Virus record (IMG/VR): IMGVR_UViG_3300042691_037870
Coordinates: 32,001-96,000 of that record
DNA: 64,000 nt
DNA from: a virus
Direction: 5' to 3' (one strand)
This document shows, piece after piece, positions 12,701 to 22,105 of this stretch (position 1 is its first letter; the number at the start of each line of letters is the position of its first letter). A program made the translations under genes and the position numbers. Under the pieces are notes generated by a model. It saw only the letters and a program-made list of their open reading frames with translations, did not search any database and was not told the DNA's origin.

Positions 12701-14322
12701 TCAGTATCAAAACTAACATCAAGAGGTCTTTCTTTGTAACGAGGATCATTTACAATCTTTCTTAAATATGAACCTAATTTAGAAGTTTCACGCATATCAA
12801 AAGTTTTTACAATACGTGCATCTTTAAAGAAAGAATCATAAATTTGTGTATTATCCGCTGACATATAACTTTCAACAGATAATGGGTGATCTAATCTAAA
12901 TATGATAAAATAGTCAGGTATTACTTTTCTTAACCAAAGAGGCGCAAAGAAAGAAAATCCTTCATCATAATATTTACTTTTAAGTTGTTCTACTCCGTAG
13001 TTATAAAAGTTATCATATTGTTCGGCAAGAGTTCTTTTAGTATTTTCATATTGATTGTCTGTTTGGTATAAATCAAATATGATTGATGTTGGGGTTTGCC
13101 CATTTTTAAAGAACTTATACAAATCTCTTGCATATGTAGATAGTGGAGATATTGCATACTTTTTATATGCTGAATCAGCTAACTCATTATTTGCATCAAT
13201 AGAATTTAACCAAAGATTTCCTGTTGAATCCAGAGTTATTTTAACATTCCCTGAAAGTTTAGGATTAGTTTTTAAAACACCGTAAGAAGAACGATCATCA
13301 TAAACTTTTATTTCTGACTTATAATCATTTTGCCAGGTAGTTCTTGTAGGTCTAATGCTAGTTTCTTTATATCCCATAAAGTGAACTTCTTGATAATCAT
13401 AAGAAGTTGATAAAGTAGCAGCTGATTTTAAACCGTATGACGTAGTATTATTTGATAAAGTATCTAATGGGGGTGTTAAAGCTCCTACCACAGCTGCGGG
13501 TGGAGCTGAAATGATAATCATATTAAATTTTAAATGACTATCATCAACCCCATCATAATCTATTCTTAATGTTGCTGAAGCATTTGGCACGTTATTATCT
13601 TTAGCTATACGAACTGCTCCACCTAAACCAGAACTTACTTTTCTACCTACAAACCCGGTGCCTTCAAGAAAGTTTGTTGAAAAATTTTCAACTGTGCCAT
13701 CAAATAAGTTCTTTAAAGATACCACATTTTGTGAAGATATCCAAGGAGTAGTATATGAAATGTATTCATATTCAGATATTGATTTTCCATTTAAAGACCA
13801 TCTTTCATTTGCGTTCTCATCCCAGAAACCTACATGCATAGTGCCAGTAACACCTACGCCCATAGAAGGTTCAATTATAATTGAGGAACCTGTAACTCCT
13901 GATAAGTCTGTTATATATGAACCAGGCTGGTTAGGAATGTTTATAACACCTGTACCACCAGTATTGCCTACAAGTATAGGCCCTAATTCACCAAGACCAG
14001 TTGGTCCTACATTTGCATAATCATGTGAATTTTTAACAAACATTCCAGGCTGAACATTTGAAAAACTTAATTCATTTGTATTGGGATATGTTGATGTAGT
14101 TAATTCAACGCCTGACACTTGTGTCCCTGTTAAACTGTTTGTAAATTTTGCATCTGCAGTAGCATAGGCATCAAATGTTCTTGCATGTGGAAACACAAGA
14201 ACATATAATGCATTATTCCCAAGAACGGAATCGTTTCTACCAATAGTTATAAAAGTAGTTGACTTTCCTTGTAAAACTTGTTCTCGCGAAAAATCAATAC
14301 TATAGAAATTAGGTCCTGTCAT
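6784..14322 (-). CDS. Very large putative virion structural protein (2512 aa)
   Basis: Long ORF in the structural block, TAATG-coupled to the upstream gene; beta-rich inserts incl. LYVGAKVTGKGIPNDSYIT, a repeat also seen in 26523..33311. Confidence 0.6.
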   Translation of the reverse strand: MTGPNFYSIDFSREQVLQGKSTTFITIGRNDSVLGNNALYVLVFPHARTFDAYATADAKFTNSLTGTQVSGVELTTSTYPNTNELSFSNVQPGMFVKNSHDYANVGPTGLGELGPILVGNTGGTGVINIPNQPGSYITDLSGVTGSSIIIEPSMGVGVTGTMHVGFWDENANERWSLNGKSISEYEYISYTTPWISSQNVVSLKNLFDGTVENFSTNFLEGTGFVGRKVSSGLGGAVRIAKDNNVPNASATLRIDYDGVDDSHLKFNMIIISAPPAAVVGALTPPLDTLSNNTTSYGLKSAATLSTSYDYQEVHFMGYKETSIRPTRTTWQNDYKSEIKVYDDRSSYGVLKTNPKLSGNVKITLDSTGNLWLNSIDANNELADSAYKKYAISPLSTYARDLYKFFKNGQTPTSIIFDLYQTDNQYENTKRTLAEQYDNFYNYGVEQLKSKYYDEGFSFFAPLWLRKVIPDYFIIFRLDHPLSVESYMSADNTQIYDSFFKDARIVKTFDMRETSKLGSYLRKIVNDPRYKERPLDVSFDTDIATTWNGISYVDGTMTGKGEFLNDYYTKDRPIIEFEEYITGGFERQGIISTNLVNLEFLFDDSEAAPYSINRYFGLYVTENQLANFEIDPISLAKIPNQTPIPKAGIDGQPYSTKEFVQTNPEGIQIPVHYYHNPTSIVNNTNVPTFQGEVVGKFPLPSLVEDPLRIFYIKDRNDAFKRITELKEVDYGNPGTEDYRRVSQLKLFDTQEDISNYAGVNQITSQFDAKLLDKGYSQLRLHLAQVTSDPVFADEEELELTINTYVHGPRLHTYYLKTQNVSPTNVSFTVFKDQYTRRLGSSLTMPAVGGTLSGVFVNEIDNFFIGQQVYITTPGLTINSEVTFGSYFTVTGINPNILTIDIVNDGNPTNVAPLTLISVDELISTAGPTYNITYNYNPLSNNLAVDTLLSLQLEPLTSYTGNESYRIDVNSTELNITFLGGTLANLTPILMPSYQQFRWRMIAKSTGMQAGDAWDYPIADPNGYDYISTFSNEGTATQVASALAKCINTFENGPCYAVALGEEVYLKAKRPGLEGNAIQLTRRMVNGESLIFNLGFFEKGNIDVNTSVNVEVASNTNYDLPVEIINNTGIAGDIYYYLEISKTIGGSAIKIRTDVNPTNLITASTTGDGYYYVTVPSLDVFSYSVIPFSVNMSNLPINSVYEYIIKVSTTPNEIKQLFIGGVQRERNRARIGYVDSQRYFADRSVKLTGNIISGSKVITNVLLDNLYVGAKVTGKGIPNDSYITYIDYAANAITISNAATLGTTTSPVTTVITSSELSILNLEKIQDQWYQAQKGKYSPMKGWEVQGKYVYSLPYLEEPVFNEMNDIVDFTNLNQYSVIQLNDSTQEFYQTGDKRVVAYNIYRPILGIFSIFPVKEFDFDFYFSDYSYTPILEALRYYFNETLQQGGELILPADENYLLSFIDEDKNPVNTNAVLDIYGLNPNTKEWNKIEEITFNGASSGYPTELILNTYYPFYVYDEFEHPRTWEDAPSYFPEGVGLRNYMRRRISVTNDSGAVTEAKPLSYKIVVNSLSNTNARVKIVKNDYYFDKDLKTFSGFSAISDLYSPEDAEAIRGLLNDELYVDAFLRQSLRSEYDRLRENFNKDYALKSKVVPYINKWVQEGTDARDNYYRLNISKAFGITNFSPDTSVKFAEPSLLTNEFPYLDTVPKDYPTESLEGSRSYMFAKLSDIAKGNSTWYDLLTSDDTDDWFTKYFALGYPNEINDLNELITKSRDERYTFMQYSDGVKRSQTLFRGAKVQVIDINNALGEEVSESKKYNDYKFASIARIVPVTPLLAEKPVDIEVYRNDKFKSIVMIINIHIQDYRVQSGLNDYLFFYAMNDQLKNINQKQVPLGGLFNSGNTLASQDILSINQFLPYAPTTTSYEDLSILRPRQGFLGGGYLELGDTRIGGYIIDSLTNSLKPVFNGGKITMNWEPIKPSYNFSVINEIVPTYDNYTNKDNAFTVTGGLNVVPTSFTKDGSLFKLIEVVKLGSQYRHIDRTNSRIYNDSYLPVQTTFGGSNNPIYSSITPGSLNIVQFLMTTMNVALSTINPEPLETYNIKGGTSAYLHIKNLLTYASIKELVNYVPVDNNAHPSSIEYYKVENNTTVAVTDYRLQFIDPDQIIKTGVLAYVNDEDKPIEYLGAANIGYNIVDTNQNEVIYRHRGSYEPRANDVLSFWVREDETFTKHFEKDYLLVNTHFNDKSSLTGILRNYGINKVADAEILKIARGSAYKSVYPLVGEVSVDTKEQFVLNSTWDKNYYRKYYDTQNWNPIDGFNEMKEFKSFLGSKVMNIPNTHILDTFLDTEATFTVTAPSEEVGVKLLSKKEIQLTDVEGTSKPTLTVNLDLRARLLRKLLDDIELPTSFDEFDWLTTLGITELQSLTTVDIENLKKDYLNKNIIQLYEIGEIKLYALSEEGIPIFDITLDDIEKADAGYRVDKDCKVINIDEFTVRIDKQLDTKKPFGYSVTAIIKRI

Positions 14323-17300
14323 TATGAATAGATTCGTTTAATAGTTGCTTTATCATAAGTTACTTGTTTAACATCTTTAATAGCAGTAGGTAATCCTGTT
14401 TCATAAAGTTGTACTAACGAGTCTTTCTGATATGTAGCTGATACTTGAATATCAAATGAGAATACTTGTTTATCCATTTGATATAAGTCAATACCTAATT
14501 GTCTAACATAAGTTAAATTTTTAGGTGGTACTGTAATTGCTGGGTTATACCCACCTAAAATACCATCGCCACCCGCTGTAGACGAAGAAGATATTGAAGG
14601 ACCATAATAATCTGTCATTCTGTATTGGAATATCACAGGTATTACAATTGCATTATTTAAACCAGGTTCAAGCTGACGATTTGCTCTTGCGTCTACTCCG
14701 TTTACAAGTAACTGATTATATGTTACAGGTCCTAAAAATAAGTAAGCACCACAGGTATCAGATCCTATTAAATATCTATCATTGTCTATAAATCCATACT
14801 TGTCAGGTAAATCTGTTATTGCAGGAACGTATGTAGAAGTTGTCCCACCTGTTATACCAGGCCAGTTATTTTTATACTCTAATTGTTTAGCAGGTATGTT
14901 TCTATCACCAAGAGCATTAAATCCATAAGAATGCCTAAAAGCACTTACTGCTTCTGGAGATTGCGGATTTCCTGTTACAAAATCTATTGATATAGTTGGA
15001 GTTTGTAAACTTGTAAATGTTGCAGTTGCACCATTCGTAGGTATGTTAATTACCGGATGGTCAGTATGTATACAAAATGCATTAGCTGTACCACCACCAG
15101 CAGGTGCAATACCTGGAGAAACTGTTGTCTTATCCCAAATCCACGGTTGTGTTACACCTAAGCCTGTACCTGTACTTGGTAGAATTGCTCTACTTGATGC
15201 AGTTATGCCTTGATAAAGATTATTAACTAACCCAATATCTGTGTATCGATTATATAAGAACTGCCCTTTTAATTGACCACTTTGATAAAATGCTGATGCT
15301 ATTTTGTTTGCATTATTTGTATCAGCAGGATTCACAGAAGGATTAACAATAGGTGTTATATCATATTTTCTATAATTATTATAGTCAGGATCATTAATAC
15401 CTGGAGGAACTGTTCCTGTTCCACTTACAGGTAAATTTTCAGCAATACCGCCTGGGATTCTTGAAATAAGTTGAAGTGGTGAAGCTTCTTCATTTTCAAG
15501 ATATATCTTATAAGATTTTGAAATAATAGCACCTCTACGATTTGCCGCAGGAAGTAAATTAACTGCATCAGTATAATAACCGGCAAACAATGTAACAACA
15601 TCACCTGCTTTAACAGGAAGTTTGGCGTTTTTATCTTCATCAACAAGATAAACTTTAACATCGCCTACAACTTTATTCAGACGGTTTTCAAGATCTTGAA
15701 TTCTTAGTGTTAATGATTTTATGTAATCTTCTAATGAAATTACAGTTCCTTGAGCTGTATAAAAATTTGAAGAGATTACTGATGTATCGTGTGCATAGTA
15801 TTTTTCAATAGCATTAAAGGAAGAAGCAAGGTGAACATCTAATCCTTTAGCAGCTAAATCATTTTCAAGATCCACTCTTACAGCATCTTGTGATGCTTCT
15901 TTAAGAGCAATAGTTGCTTCATCTTCAACCACAAGATCGTTTGGAAATGTAATAGCAATTAAGTTTGAAGGTATTGAAAGCATTGGGTTATCAGGCCACC
16001 CAGCTTCAGAAACTGAAACAACATAAAACTCAACTTTTTCACCATTAGATATTGGAATGTCTACTTGATTAATGTTTACCGCATCAGGATCTTCAATGTT
16101 TTCAGTTAACCAAAAATACTTACCTGATACAGGGTCATATTCTTTTTTACGAATATCTGATTTGATTTCATTTAAGTTACTGTAAGTAGCTCTCTTAATG
16201 GCTCCGCTTGTATCTGTATAATCATATTGCTTAACATCCGATGCACTACCATCAGGTCTTACATAACGATAATATGTGTAAAATTGTATTACACTTTGTT
16301 CCCTACCTGTAGTATCTTTTACTGGGTCAGGAATAGCAAAGAATCCTCGTATACGATATTTAGGCGTATCAAGTGCAGCAGGTTTTTGTTGCGCTGTTAC
16401 TGCTAACTCTTTCACGATTGAAGCGTATAATGCTGTCTTTGTATCTTTTTCACGAATAAGGATGTCTAATTGATTTTTTACAGCTCGACGTTCTGTATCA
16501 GAATTAAATTTGGTTGTGTTTAATTCGTCTTTCTTTTTATCAATTGACTTTTGTAGTTCTGTGATTTCGGATTGTAACTTAACTTTATCCGATTGCTTTT
16601 TACGTATAGCTTCAATTTCAGCCTGGTTTAATTTGTGATCGTTAATTGAAACTACTTTAAAGTTAGCTTCATTTAAAACCGGCGCATTAGGTACTAAACC
16701 GTCAACTGCGGATATTTTGTTTTCTTTGGCACTTGCCATTAACATACTACCAAAATCAAGAACTGACTCTTTATAGAAATCGTTAAGGGTTTTGGTTCCG
16801 CTTGTTAAATCAATTGTTAAGTCATTTGTGTAAAAGGCAATACCTGGAGAATATTTGGAAGAAAGTAAATTTGCTTCATCATTTACACTCTTAAAGAAAA
16901 GAACTTCATATTCATCATAACCAATACCTACATTTGCAACTTTAGGTGAATACGTTTCAGAATAAAAAGCTACAGGTTCACCTATTACAAAAGGATCATA
17001 CCCTGATGTTCTTTTTACTCTTATAAAATTTGTAGCATTATCAATTTCAGAAATTTCATATATTGATTCACCTTTTAAAAGTTTATCACCAGGTTTTAAA
17101 ACCATCGTTTCTTTTGATAATGACAAGTTATCATTATACTTTAAGGTATTAAATAAATACCATCTTTTAGTACTTGTACTTCCGTCAGGATTTGAAAAAG
17201 TTCTATCTTCAATATTAACTACAACGAAATCACCTGTGTATCTTACAACTGAAAGAGGTAAGTCAACTACGCCTTCATCAAGAAAATATGTAATGTTTCT

Positions 17301-17867
17301 TTTTTGTAGTTCAATTAAGAATTGAACATAATCAATATCATTTTTTCCTCTAACTGAATCATTAAAGTAGGCAAGTTTATCAGGAGTATCAAGAGTAAGA
17401 ATCATTCTTTTAACAAAGATTTTTGATTCTTGCTGTGGTACATATTTAGAAACATCAACGCTAACTTTAAGAGCAGGTGAAAGCAAACTCTCAAAGAACC
17501 AATTGTTTTCAGCTATAAATTTTGCAGGAACTGTTACTTGACCTACTGGTGATGGGTCTGTTACTGTTTTTGCTTGGTAAATCTTCTTTAAAGATCCATC
17601 AGGCATACGAATATAGGCATCTGAACCATCAAACCCAAGCATCGTACTAACTGTTTTGTCAATTCTTTCAACACTTGACTTTAACCACCCAAAAGATGGT
17701 AATGTAAATGTAGATGTTGTTCCATCTGCATTCGTTTGTGTAACAGTAATAGTATCAGCATTAGTAGTTACAGCTTGTGAAACTTTTTGTAACTGCTCAA
17801 GTGAATTATTCTGCAATCTTATAAAATCTGCAAGTATAGTTGCAAAACTGTTTGATGTGTTTGCCAT
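14322..17867 (-). CDS. Putative virion structural protein with central coiled coil (1181 aa)
   Basis: Long ORF; heptad coiled-coil segment (KVKLQSEITELQKSIDKKKDEL), FN3-like VEFYVVSVSEAGWP segment; structural context. Confidence 0.6.
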   Translation of the reverse strand: MANTSNSFATILADFIRLQNNSLEQLQKVSQAVTTNADTITVTQTNADGTTSTFTLPSFGWLKSSVERIDKTVSTMLGFDGSDAYIRMPDGSLKKIYQAKTVTDPSPVGQVTVPAKFIAENNWFFESLLSPALKVSVDVSKYVPQQESKIFVKRMILTLDTPDKLAYFNDSVRGKNDIDYVQFLIELQKRNITYFLDEGVVDLPLSVVRYTGDFVVVNIEDRTFSNPDGSTSTKRWYLFNTLKYNDNLSLSKETMVLKPGDKLLKGESIYEISEIDNATNFIRVKRTSGYDPFVIGEPVAFYSETYSPKVANVGIGYDEYEVLFFKSVNDEANLLSSKYSPGIAFYTNDLTIDLTSGTKTLNDFYKESVLDFGSMLMASAKENKISAVDGLVPNAPVLNEANFKVVSINDHKLNQAEIEAIRKKQSDKVKLQSEITELQKSIDKKKDELNTTKFNSDTERRAVKNQLDILIREKDTKTALYASIVKELAVTAQQKPAALDTPKYRIRGFFAIPDPVKDTTGREQSVIQFYTYYRYVRPDGSASDVKQYDYTDTSGAIKRATYSNLNEIKSDIRKKEYDPVSGKYFWLTENIEDPDAVNINQVDIPISNGEKVEFYVVSVSEAGWPDNPMLSIPSNLIAITFPNDLVVEDEATIALKEASQDAVRVDLENDLAAKGLDVHLASSFNAIEKYYAHDTSVISSNFYTAQGTVISLEDYIKSLTLRIQDLENRLNKVVGDVKVYLVDEDKNAKLPVKAGDVVTLFAGYYTDAVNLLPAANRRGAIISKSYKIYLENEEASPLQLISRIPGGIAENLPVSGTGTVPPGINDPDYNNYRKYDITPIVNPSVNPADTNNANKIASAFYQSGQLKGQFLYNRYTDIGLVNNLYQGITASSRAILPSTGTGLGVTQPWIWDKTTVSPGIAPAGGGTANAFCIHTDHPVINIPTNGATATFTSLQTPTISIDFVTGNPQSPEAVSAFRHSYGFNALGDRNIPAKQLEYKNNWPGITGGTTSTYVPAITDLPDKYGFIDNDRYLIGSDTCGAYLFLGPVTYNQLLVNGVDARANRQLEPGLNNAIVIPVIFQYRMTDYYGPSISSSSTAGGDGILGGYNPAITVPPKNLTYVRQLGIDLYQMDKQVFSFDIQVSATYQKDSLVQLYETGLPTAIKDVKQVTYDKATIKRIYS

Positions 17868-17886
17868 TTAAGTTTGTAATTAGTTT

Positions 17887-20040
17887 TTAGTAAATGTCAA
17901 CCGCAAATTGAAATGTTGCTGGGTCAATACAGATAACTTCAATTATTGGTGAATTTCCTTTATTTTCAAAATCAAGATATGTTACATAGGCAGCTTCTGC
18001 TGAATATGGGAATCCTGTGTCAAGTTTATCATTTGCATCGGTATAAACGATAAAGTTAAAGTTACCGCTTGTGTTTGATAAATCTAATCCATATTTGAAT
18101 GAAAATCTCATTGTTTGTCCAGCCTCCCAAGGTAAATCAGCATCATTAATATAAATGATTACATCACGATCTGGTGCATACATTGTACTTGCTGTCCCAT
18201 CAGTTAATTTTAGGTAATTTGTAAAGTTAACCAATTTATGTATGTAAGAAAAACTTGAAGGATTAACAGAAAAATCATTTGCGATTGACACAATTGGTTT
18301 TGTTCCTACATTTATCATTTGATTTGTATTAACAACACGAACAGAACCTGCTTGTGATTTATCTAAAAAGATACCACGCCCACTTGTTAGCAAGTCAATA
18401 TTATATGACATCTGAACACTTGTGAAGTTCTTATAGATATTTGTTATCTCATCATAGTTTCTTTGAATTAAACTTAATAAGTTTGCATTATTTGCAAAAA
18501 CTCCTTGATTTTCTGTAATTAAAGTTTGAACATTTTGTATCTGTTCATTAATTTCAGAAATACCTGAAGATGTTAATACTAATGATCTTAAGTTTGCAAC
18601 TTCAGTTGTAAGGTTTGCAAGAATTGCATTATTCTGTAGCATTATATCATAAGAATCTGTCATCTTATTTAATGCGTCCATGTATAACTCTAATGAATAT
18701 GGGTTATAATCATTTACTGAAGTTTCAATCGCAACATCTTGTGAATTGACATCAAACTTAACATTAATTCTAAATGCATATGAATTACCGTTATCTCCTG
18801 TAAAAGAATTAGGTTTATACTTGGTTAATCTTGGAATATATCCTCCACCAGTTGCAAGAATATCTACATTATCCAAGAATAAAACACCGAACAAGTTAGT
18901 GGCACTTACAGCTCCAGATGCCGGATCATATAAGTCATAATAAACAAGTACAGCATTAAAATCAAAAGTTTGTGCAGCTGGCGTTTCATTAAATGTTCCA
19001 AAATCAGTTGAAGCACCCGTTGAACTAATACCTGCATATACAGCAGGATCAAATTCCATTGTAATACCATCGAGTCTTGAACGTGTAAAAGCTACTTCTT
19101 TATTTACACTTTCAATTTTAAACTTATCATTAGTTACATCTAAGAAAGAACTTGGTTCAGTGAAATATGTATTGGCAATAGGATTAGAATACCACCACTG
19201 AAATCCTGGAGTAGTTGAACTATAATAAGTACCTGTTGTTGGGTCTTGGTAATAAAAAGTACCCGGAGCACCAAATGGGTCATTTACACCGTAAGTACTT
19301 GTGTCACTATCAAAAAATGCTTCAATACTTAATCCTGCAGGTTGAACGGTTGCTCCGTTTCTACCGTATATGTATTCATTATTTAAAGGATCTGTTGGTG
19401 TATTTGTAATTACTTGACCCGGAAAATAGTTTGCATCAGATACTGACTTAAATAAAACTGTTGGCGTATTACCGTGAGAAGTAGGGATATAAACATAAAC
19501 TTCTGAAAACGCATTTGCATTATTCTTGATGTTATTTAAAATGTTAATATCACCAATGTAACGAATTACTCTTGAGTATGTTGTTGATTCATCTTCCTCT
19601 ACATAATGAGTACCATATAAAGATGCTGATTGCTCTGTTCCTACAACTGCTTCACGAAAACGAATTGCACCCATTTCCTTTAACCACTTAAAGAAAACTC
19701 TTTCACTAACAGTAGTATCCACATTTGCATCATAATCTTCTGATGAAGATATCATTGTCTCTAAGTTAAGACAATAATTTTGAAATGATTCCGCTAAGTA
19801 ATCATTAAGTGTTTTTGATCCGTCAATTGAAGCAAAAGCTCCAGGTGAATTTGAAAAGTTAATTAGGTTTTCTCCTAACGCAGGGTTACCTATATCAGGT
19901 ATGTTAAGTAAAGAAAATTTTGAAAATCTAAACTTCTTTTGAGAATCATTAAAGGAAAGACCTAAGTCCTCAGAGGCAGATGAGAACGTATAAAAAGTTC
20001 CACCTTGTACTCGGATAGGTTTAATTAATGGTGCTACCAT
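17887..20040 (-). CDS. Putative virion structural protein (717 aa)
   Basis: Long ORF co-oriented with structural genes; short coiled coil before a C-terminal beta domain. Confidence 0.55.
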   Translation of the reverse strand: MVAPLIKPIRVQGGTFYTFSSASEDLGLSFNDSQKKFRFSKFSLLNIPDIGNPALGENLINFSNSPGAFASIDGSKTLNDYLAESFQNYCLNLETMISSSEDYDANVDTTVSERVFFKWLKEMGAIRFREAVVGTEQSASLYGTHYVEEDESTTYSRVIRYIGDINILNNIKNNANAFSEVYVYIPTSHGNTPTVLFKSVSDANYFPGQVITNTPTDPLNNEYIYGRNGATVQPAGLSIEAFFDSDTSTYGVNDPFGAPGTFYYQDPTTGTYYSSTTPGFQWWYSNPIANTYFTEPSSFLDVTNDKFKIESVNKEVAFTRSRLDGITMEFDPAVYAGISSTGASTDFGTFNETPAAQTFDFNAVLVYYDLYDPASGAVSATNLFGVLFLDNVDILATGGGYIPRLTKYKPNSFTGDNGNSYAFRINVKFDVNSQDVAIETSVNDYNPYSLELYMDALNKMTDSYDIMLQNNAILANLTTEVANLRSLVLTSSGISEINEQIQNVQTLITENQGVFANNANLLSLIQRNYDEITNIYKNFTSVQMSYNIDLLTSGRGIFLDKSQAGSVRVVNTNQMINVGTKPIVSIANDFSVNPSSFSYIHKLVNFTNYLKLTDGTASTMYAPDRDVIIYINDADLPWEAGQTMRFSFKYGLDLSNTSGNFNFIVYTDANDKLDTGFPYSAEAAYVTYLDFENKGNSPIIEVICIDPATFQFAVDIY

Positions 20041-20057
20041 TTATAGATTTGATATTT

Positions 20058-20903
20058 TTATGCTATCGTAACAGTAGCTCCTACTGCGTGTAATACTCTC
20101 CAACCATTTGTATCTGCTACAAAAGTAATTACAGCTTGTCTTAGACGTGCATCGTCAGCAGGAACACCAGGATCTGTATTAAAAGTAATTGATGAATATG
20201 AGCTGTCTAAATTAGTAACATCAATTGATAAATCAATACCTGTAGTTCCACTTGGTGCAGGGTTATCTACCATTACAGTAAGAATTTGACCTTGTGTTAC
20301 ATTAGGATCCGTCACAGCTGGTAAAATAATACTATCACAATTAAAGGTAGTTGCTCCAGTATAGTTACTCCAATTTAAACGAATTACACTTGTTTTAGGA
20401 AATGTTGATGTGGTTACAATATTTCTCGTAGTACTTGTGGTAGTAGGAGTTGTTAACGTTTGCGGATCAATTACTAATGAGTTTGATGTAGCTGAGGCAT
20501 AAAATTGAGGACTACTAAATGCAGCGTTTACATCAAATGGTATCGATGCTGTTACTTTATTTCCTACAGCATTTGTTCCATCAAGAACAAGATTACCATG
20601 AATTGTATGATGTCTTCCTGTTACAGCATCACGTGTAACACCTAAATCTTGAGATACATTTAAGTTACCTCCAAATAAACCTGTAGCTTCACAAGTAAAT
20701 ATTTGATCAGTGATAGGTCTTGTGTATTTTTTAACAAGAGCACTACCTACATTAAGTGCTGCACCAGGTACAAATGAAGTATCTAAATAATTTTCAATTG
20801 TATTAATAGCATCAGCGACTTTCTTAAAGTTTTCGTTAATCGTAATTCTTGAACCTGCGACATTATCGCTGCCAAGCATTTCCGTAATTGTAATTGTTGC
20901 CAT
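20058..20903 (-). CDS. Short fibre-like structural protein (281 aa)
   Basis: N-terminal SDNVAGSRITINENFKKV resembles the N-terminus of 686..6712; preceded by GATATATA motif at 20935-20942. Confidence 0.55.
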   Translation of the reverse strand: MATITITEMLGSDNVAGSRITINENFKKVADAINTIENYLDTSFVPGAALNVGSALVKKYTRPITDQIFTCEATGLFGGNLNVSQDLGVTRDAVTGRHHTIHGNLVLDGTNAVGNKVTASIPFDVNAAFSSPQFYASATSNSLVIDPQTLTTPTTTSTTRNIVTTSTFPKTSVIRLNWSNYTGATTFNCDSIILPAVTDPNVTQGQILTVMVDNPAPSGTTGIDLSIDVTNLDSSYSSITFNTDPGVPADDARLRQAVITFVADTNGWRVLHAVGATVTIA

Positions 20904-20934
20904 GTAAAATGATATTTTTTCTAATCCTTTTTTC

Positions 20935-20942
20935 TATATATC
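20935..20942 (-). promoter_or_regulatory. Putative late-promoter motif GATATATA (representative copy)
   Basis: Same octamer upstream of genes at 6777, 40129, 45432, 49736, 57173 (-) and 49770 (+); variant GATAAATA at 38807. Confidence 0.6.
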
Positions 20943-20947
20943 ATAGG

Positions 20948-21793
20948 TTATTTTTCTAAGTACTCCTTTGGAACATATTCTTCCCAAATAGGATCGTACC
21001 AAAAACGCCTACCAGAATTGTCAACTACAGAAGATTTAATTCCGTAACATTTCATCCATTCTTTAAAAGATTTTGCATCTGTCTTATTAGGATTTTCCCA
21101 GTCTTTTAATTGACCACCACCTAATTCATATGCATCAGAAGTACAAGAATAACATAGACTAATCAATTCATCAACTTTATTAGATGGGATTTCATTTGCT
21201 GGAGTAAAAGGATTAATATCAAGACGCCAAAGAATTTCAGCCCTTAAATAATTACCAATACCATTAAAGTATCTTTGGTCCATTAAGAGTTCATTAATTC
21301 TTGACTTAAAATGTTTATGTGTATACCATTTAGTTTTTAAGAATTCTTGAAATTCATTGTATTCTGTTAATGGGCAAGGGCCTCTACCTGGTGTCCAATC
21401 TTCACCCCATTTCCATTTAGCAAATCTTCTTACATCATGCAAAACAAGATAGTTACCACGAGTGGTAATAAATCTTAAATGAGCGTGTTTCAGTACTTCT
21501 TGTAAATGTTCACTGTCTTTTCTTAAATAAACCCAGTTTCCACTCATACCCATTGAGAGAAATAAATTTTTTGTAACTGCTCCGTTTAAATCACCTCCAA
21601 TTAATTCCATGTGGAGACGCATTTCTTTACCTCGGGTTTTTGCATACATCGTAAAGACTCCACCTTCAAAAGCATTAAGATCTGTTTTTACTTTTGATAC
21701 TGGTGATTTTTCTATTCTTTCAATATAAGGATCTTGTTGAACTATATGATTCACAAAATCTCCCATTATTTTTACTTCTGCTAATTCTGGCAT
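20948..21793 (-). CDS. nei: Fpg/Nei-family DNA glycosylase/AP lyase, NEIL1-like (no zinc finger)
   Basis: Catalytic N-terminus MPELAEV, RGKEM, MGMSG, DVRRF, H2TH motif LLMDQRYFNGIGNYLRAEILW; C-terminus lacks a 4-Cys zinc finger. Confidence 0.93.
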   Translation of the reverse strand: MPELAEVKIMGDFVNHIVQQDPYIERIEKSPVSKVKTDLNAFEGGVFTMYAKTRGKEMRLHMELIGGDLNGAVTKNLFLSMGMSGNWVYLRKDSEHLQEVLKHAHLRFITTRGNYLVLHDVRRFAKWKWGEDWTPGRGPCPLTEYNEFQEFLKTKWYTHKHFKSRINELLMDQRYFNGIGNYLRAEILWRLDINPFTPANEIPSNKVDELISLCYSCTSDAYELGGGQLKDWENPNKTDAKSFKEWMKCYGIKSSVVDNSGRRFWYDPIWEEYVPKEYLEK

Positions 21794-22104
21794 ATTTTTT
21801 GTCTTAAGATATAAACTTCGTCTAACTTATAAAAATTTCTATTTTCTGATACAACAGAAAATTCAGCTTTTTCGGCTGAATATGTGCATCCTTTTGTAGC
21901 ATTATCAACGTCTTTCTTTGGAGTAGAAATTTTATTCTTACTTATTGTTTTTGATAAACGTTTTTCAGTTTCTTCATCAAAGATAATTTTATATGTTACA
22001 GATATGTCAGTAATTTTACTTTTGATATGACCTCCATATTTTGACTTATAGATAAATTCTTTACCTATAAGTTCCTCTTTCATTGTTTGAATAACCTTTT
22101 CCAT
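21781..22104 (-). CDS. Hypothetical protein (107 aa)
   Basis: ORF tightly packed between the exonuclease and glycosylase genes. Confidence 0.6.
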   Translation of the reverse strand: MEKVIQTMKEELIGKEFIYKSKYGGHIKSKITDISVTYKIIFDEETEKRLSKTISKNKISTPKKDVDNATKGCTYSAEKAEFSVVSENRNFYKLDEVYILRQKICQN

Positions 22105-22105
22105 A

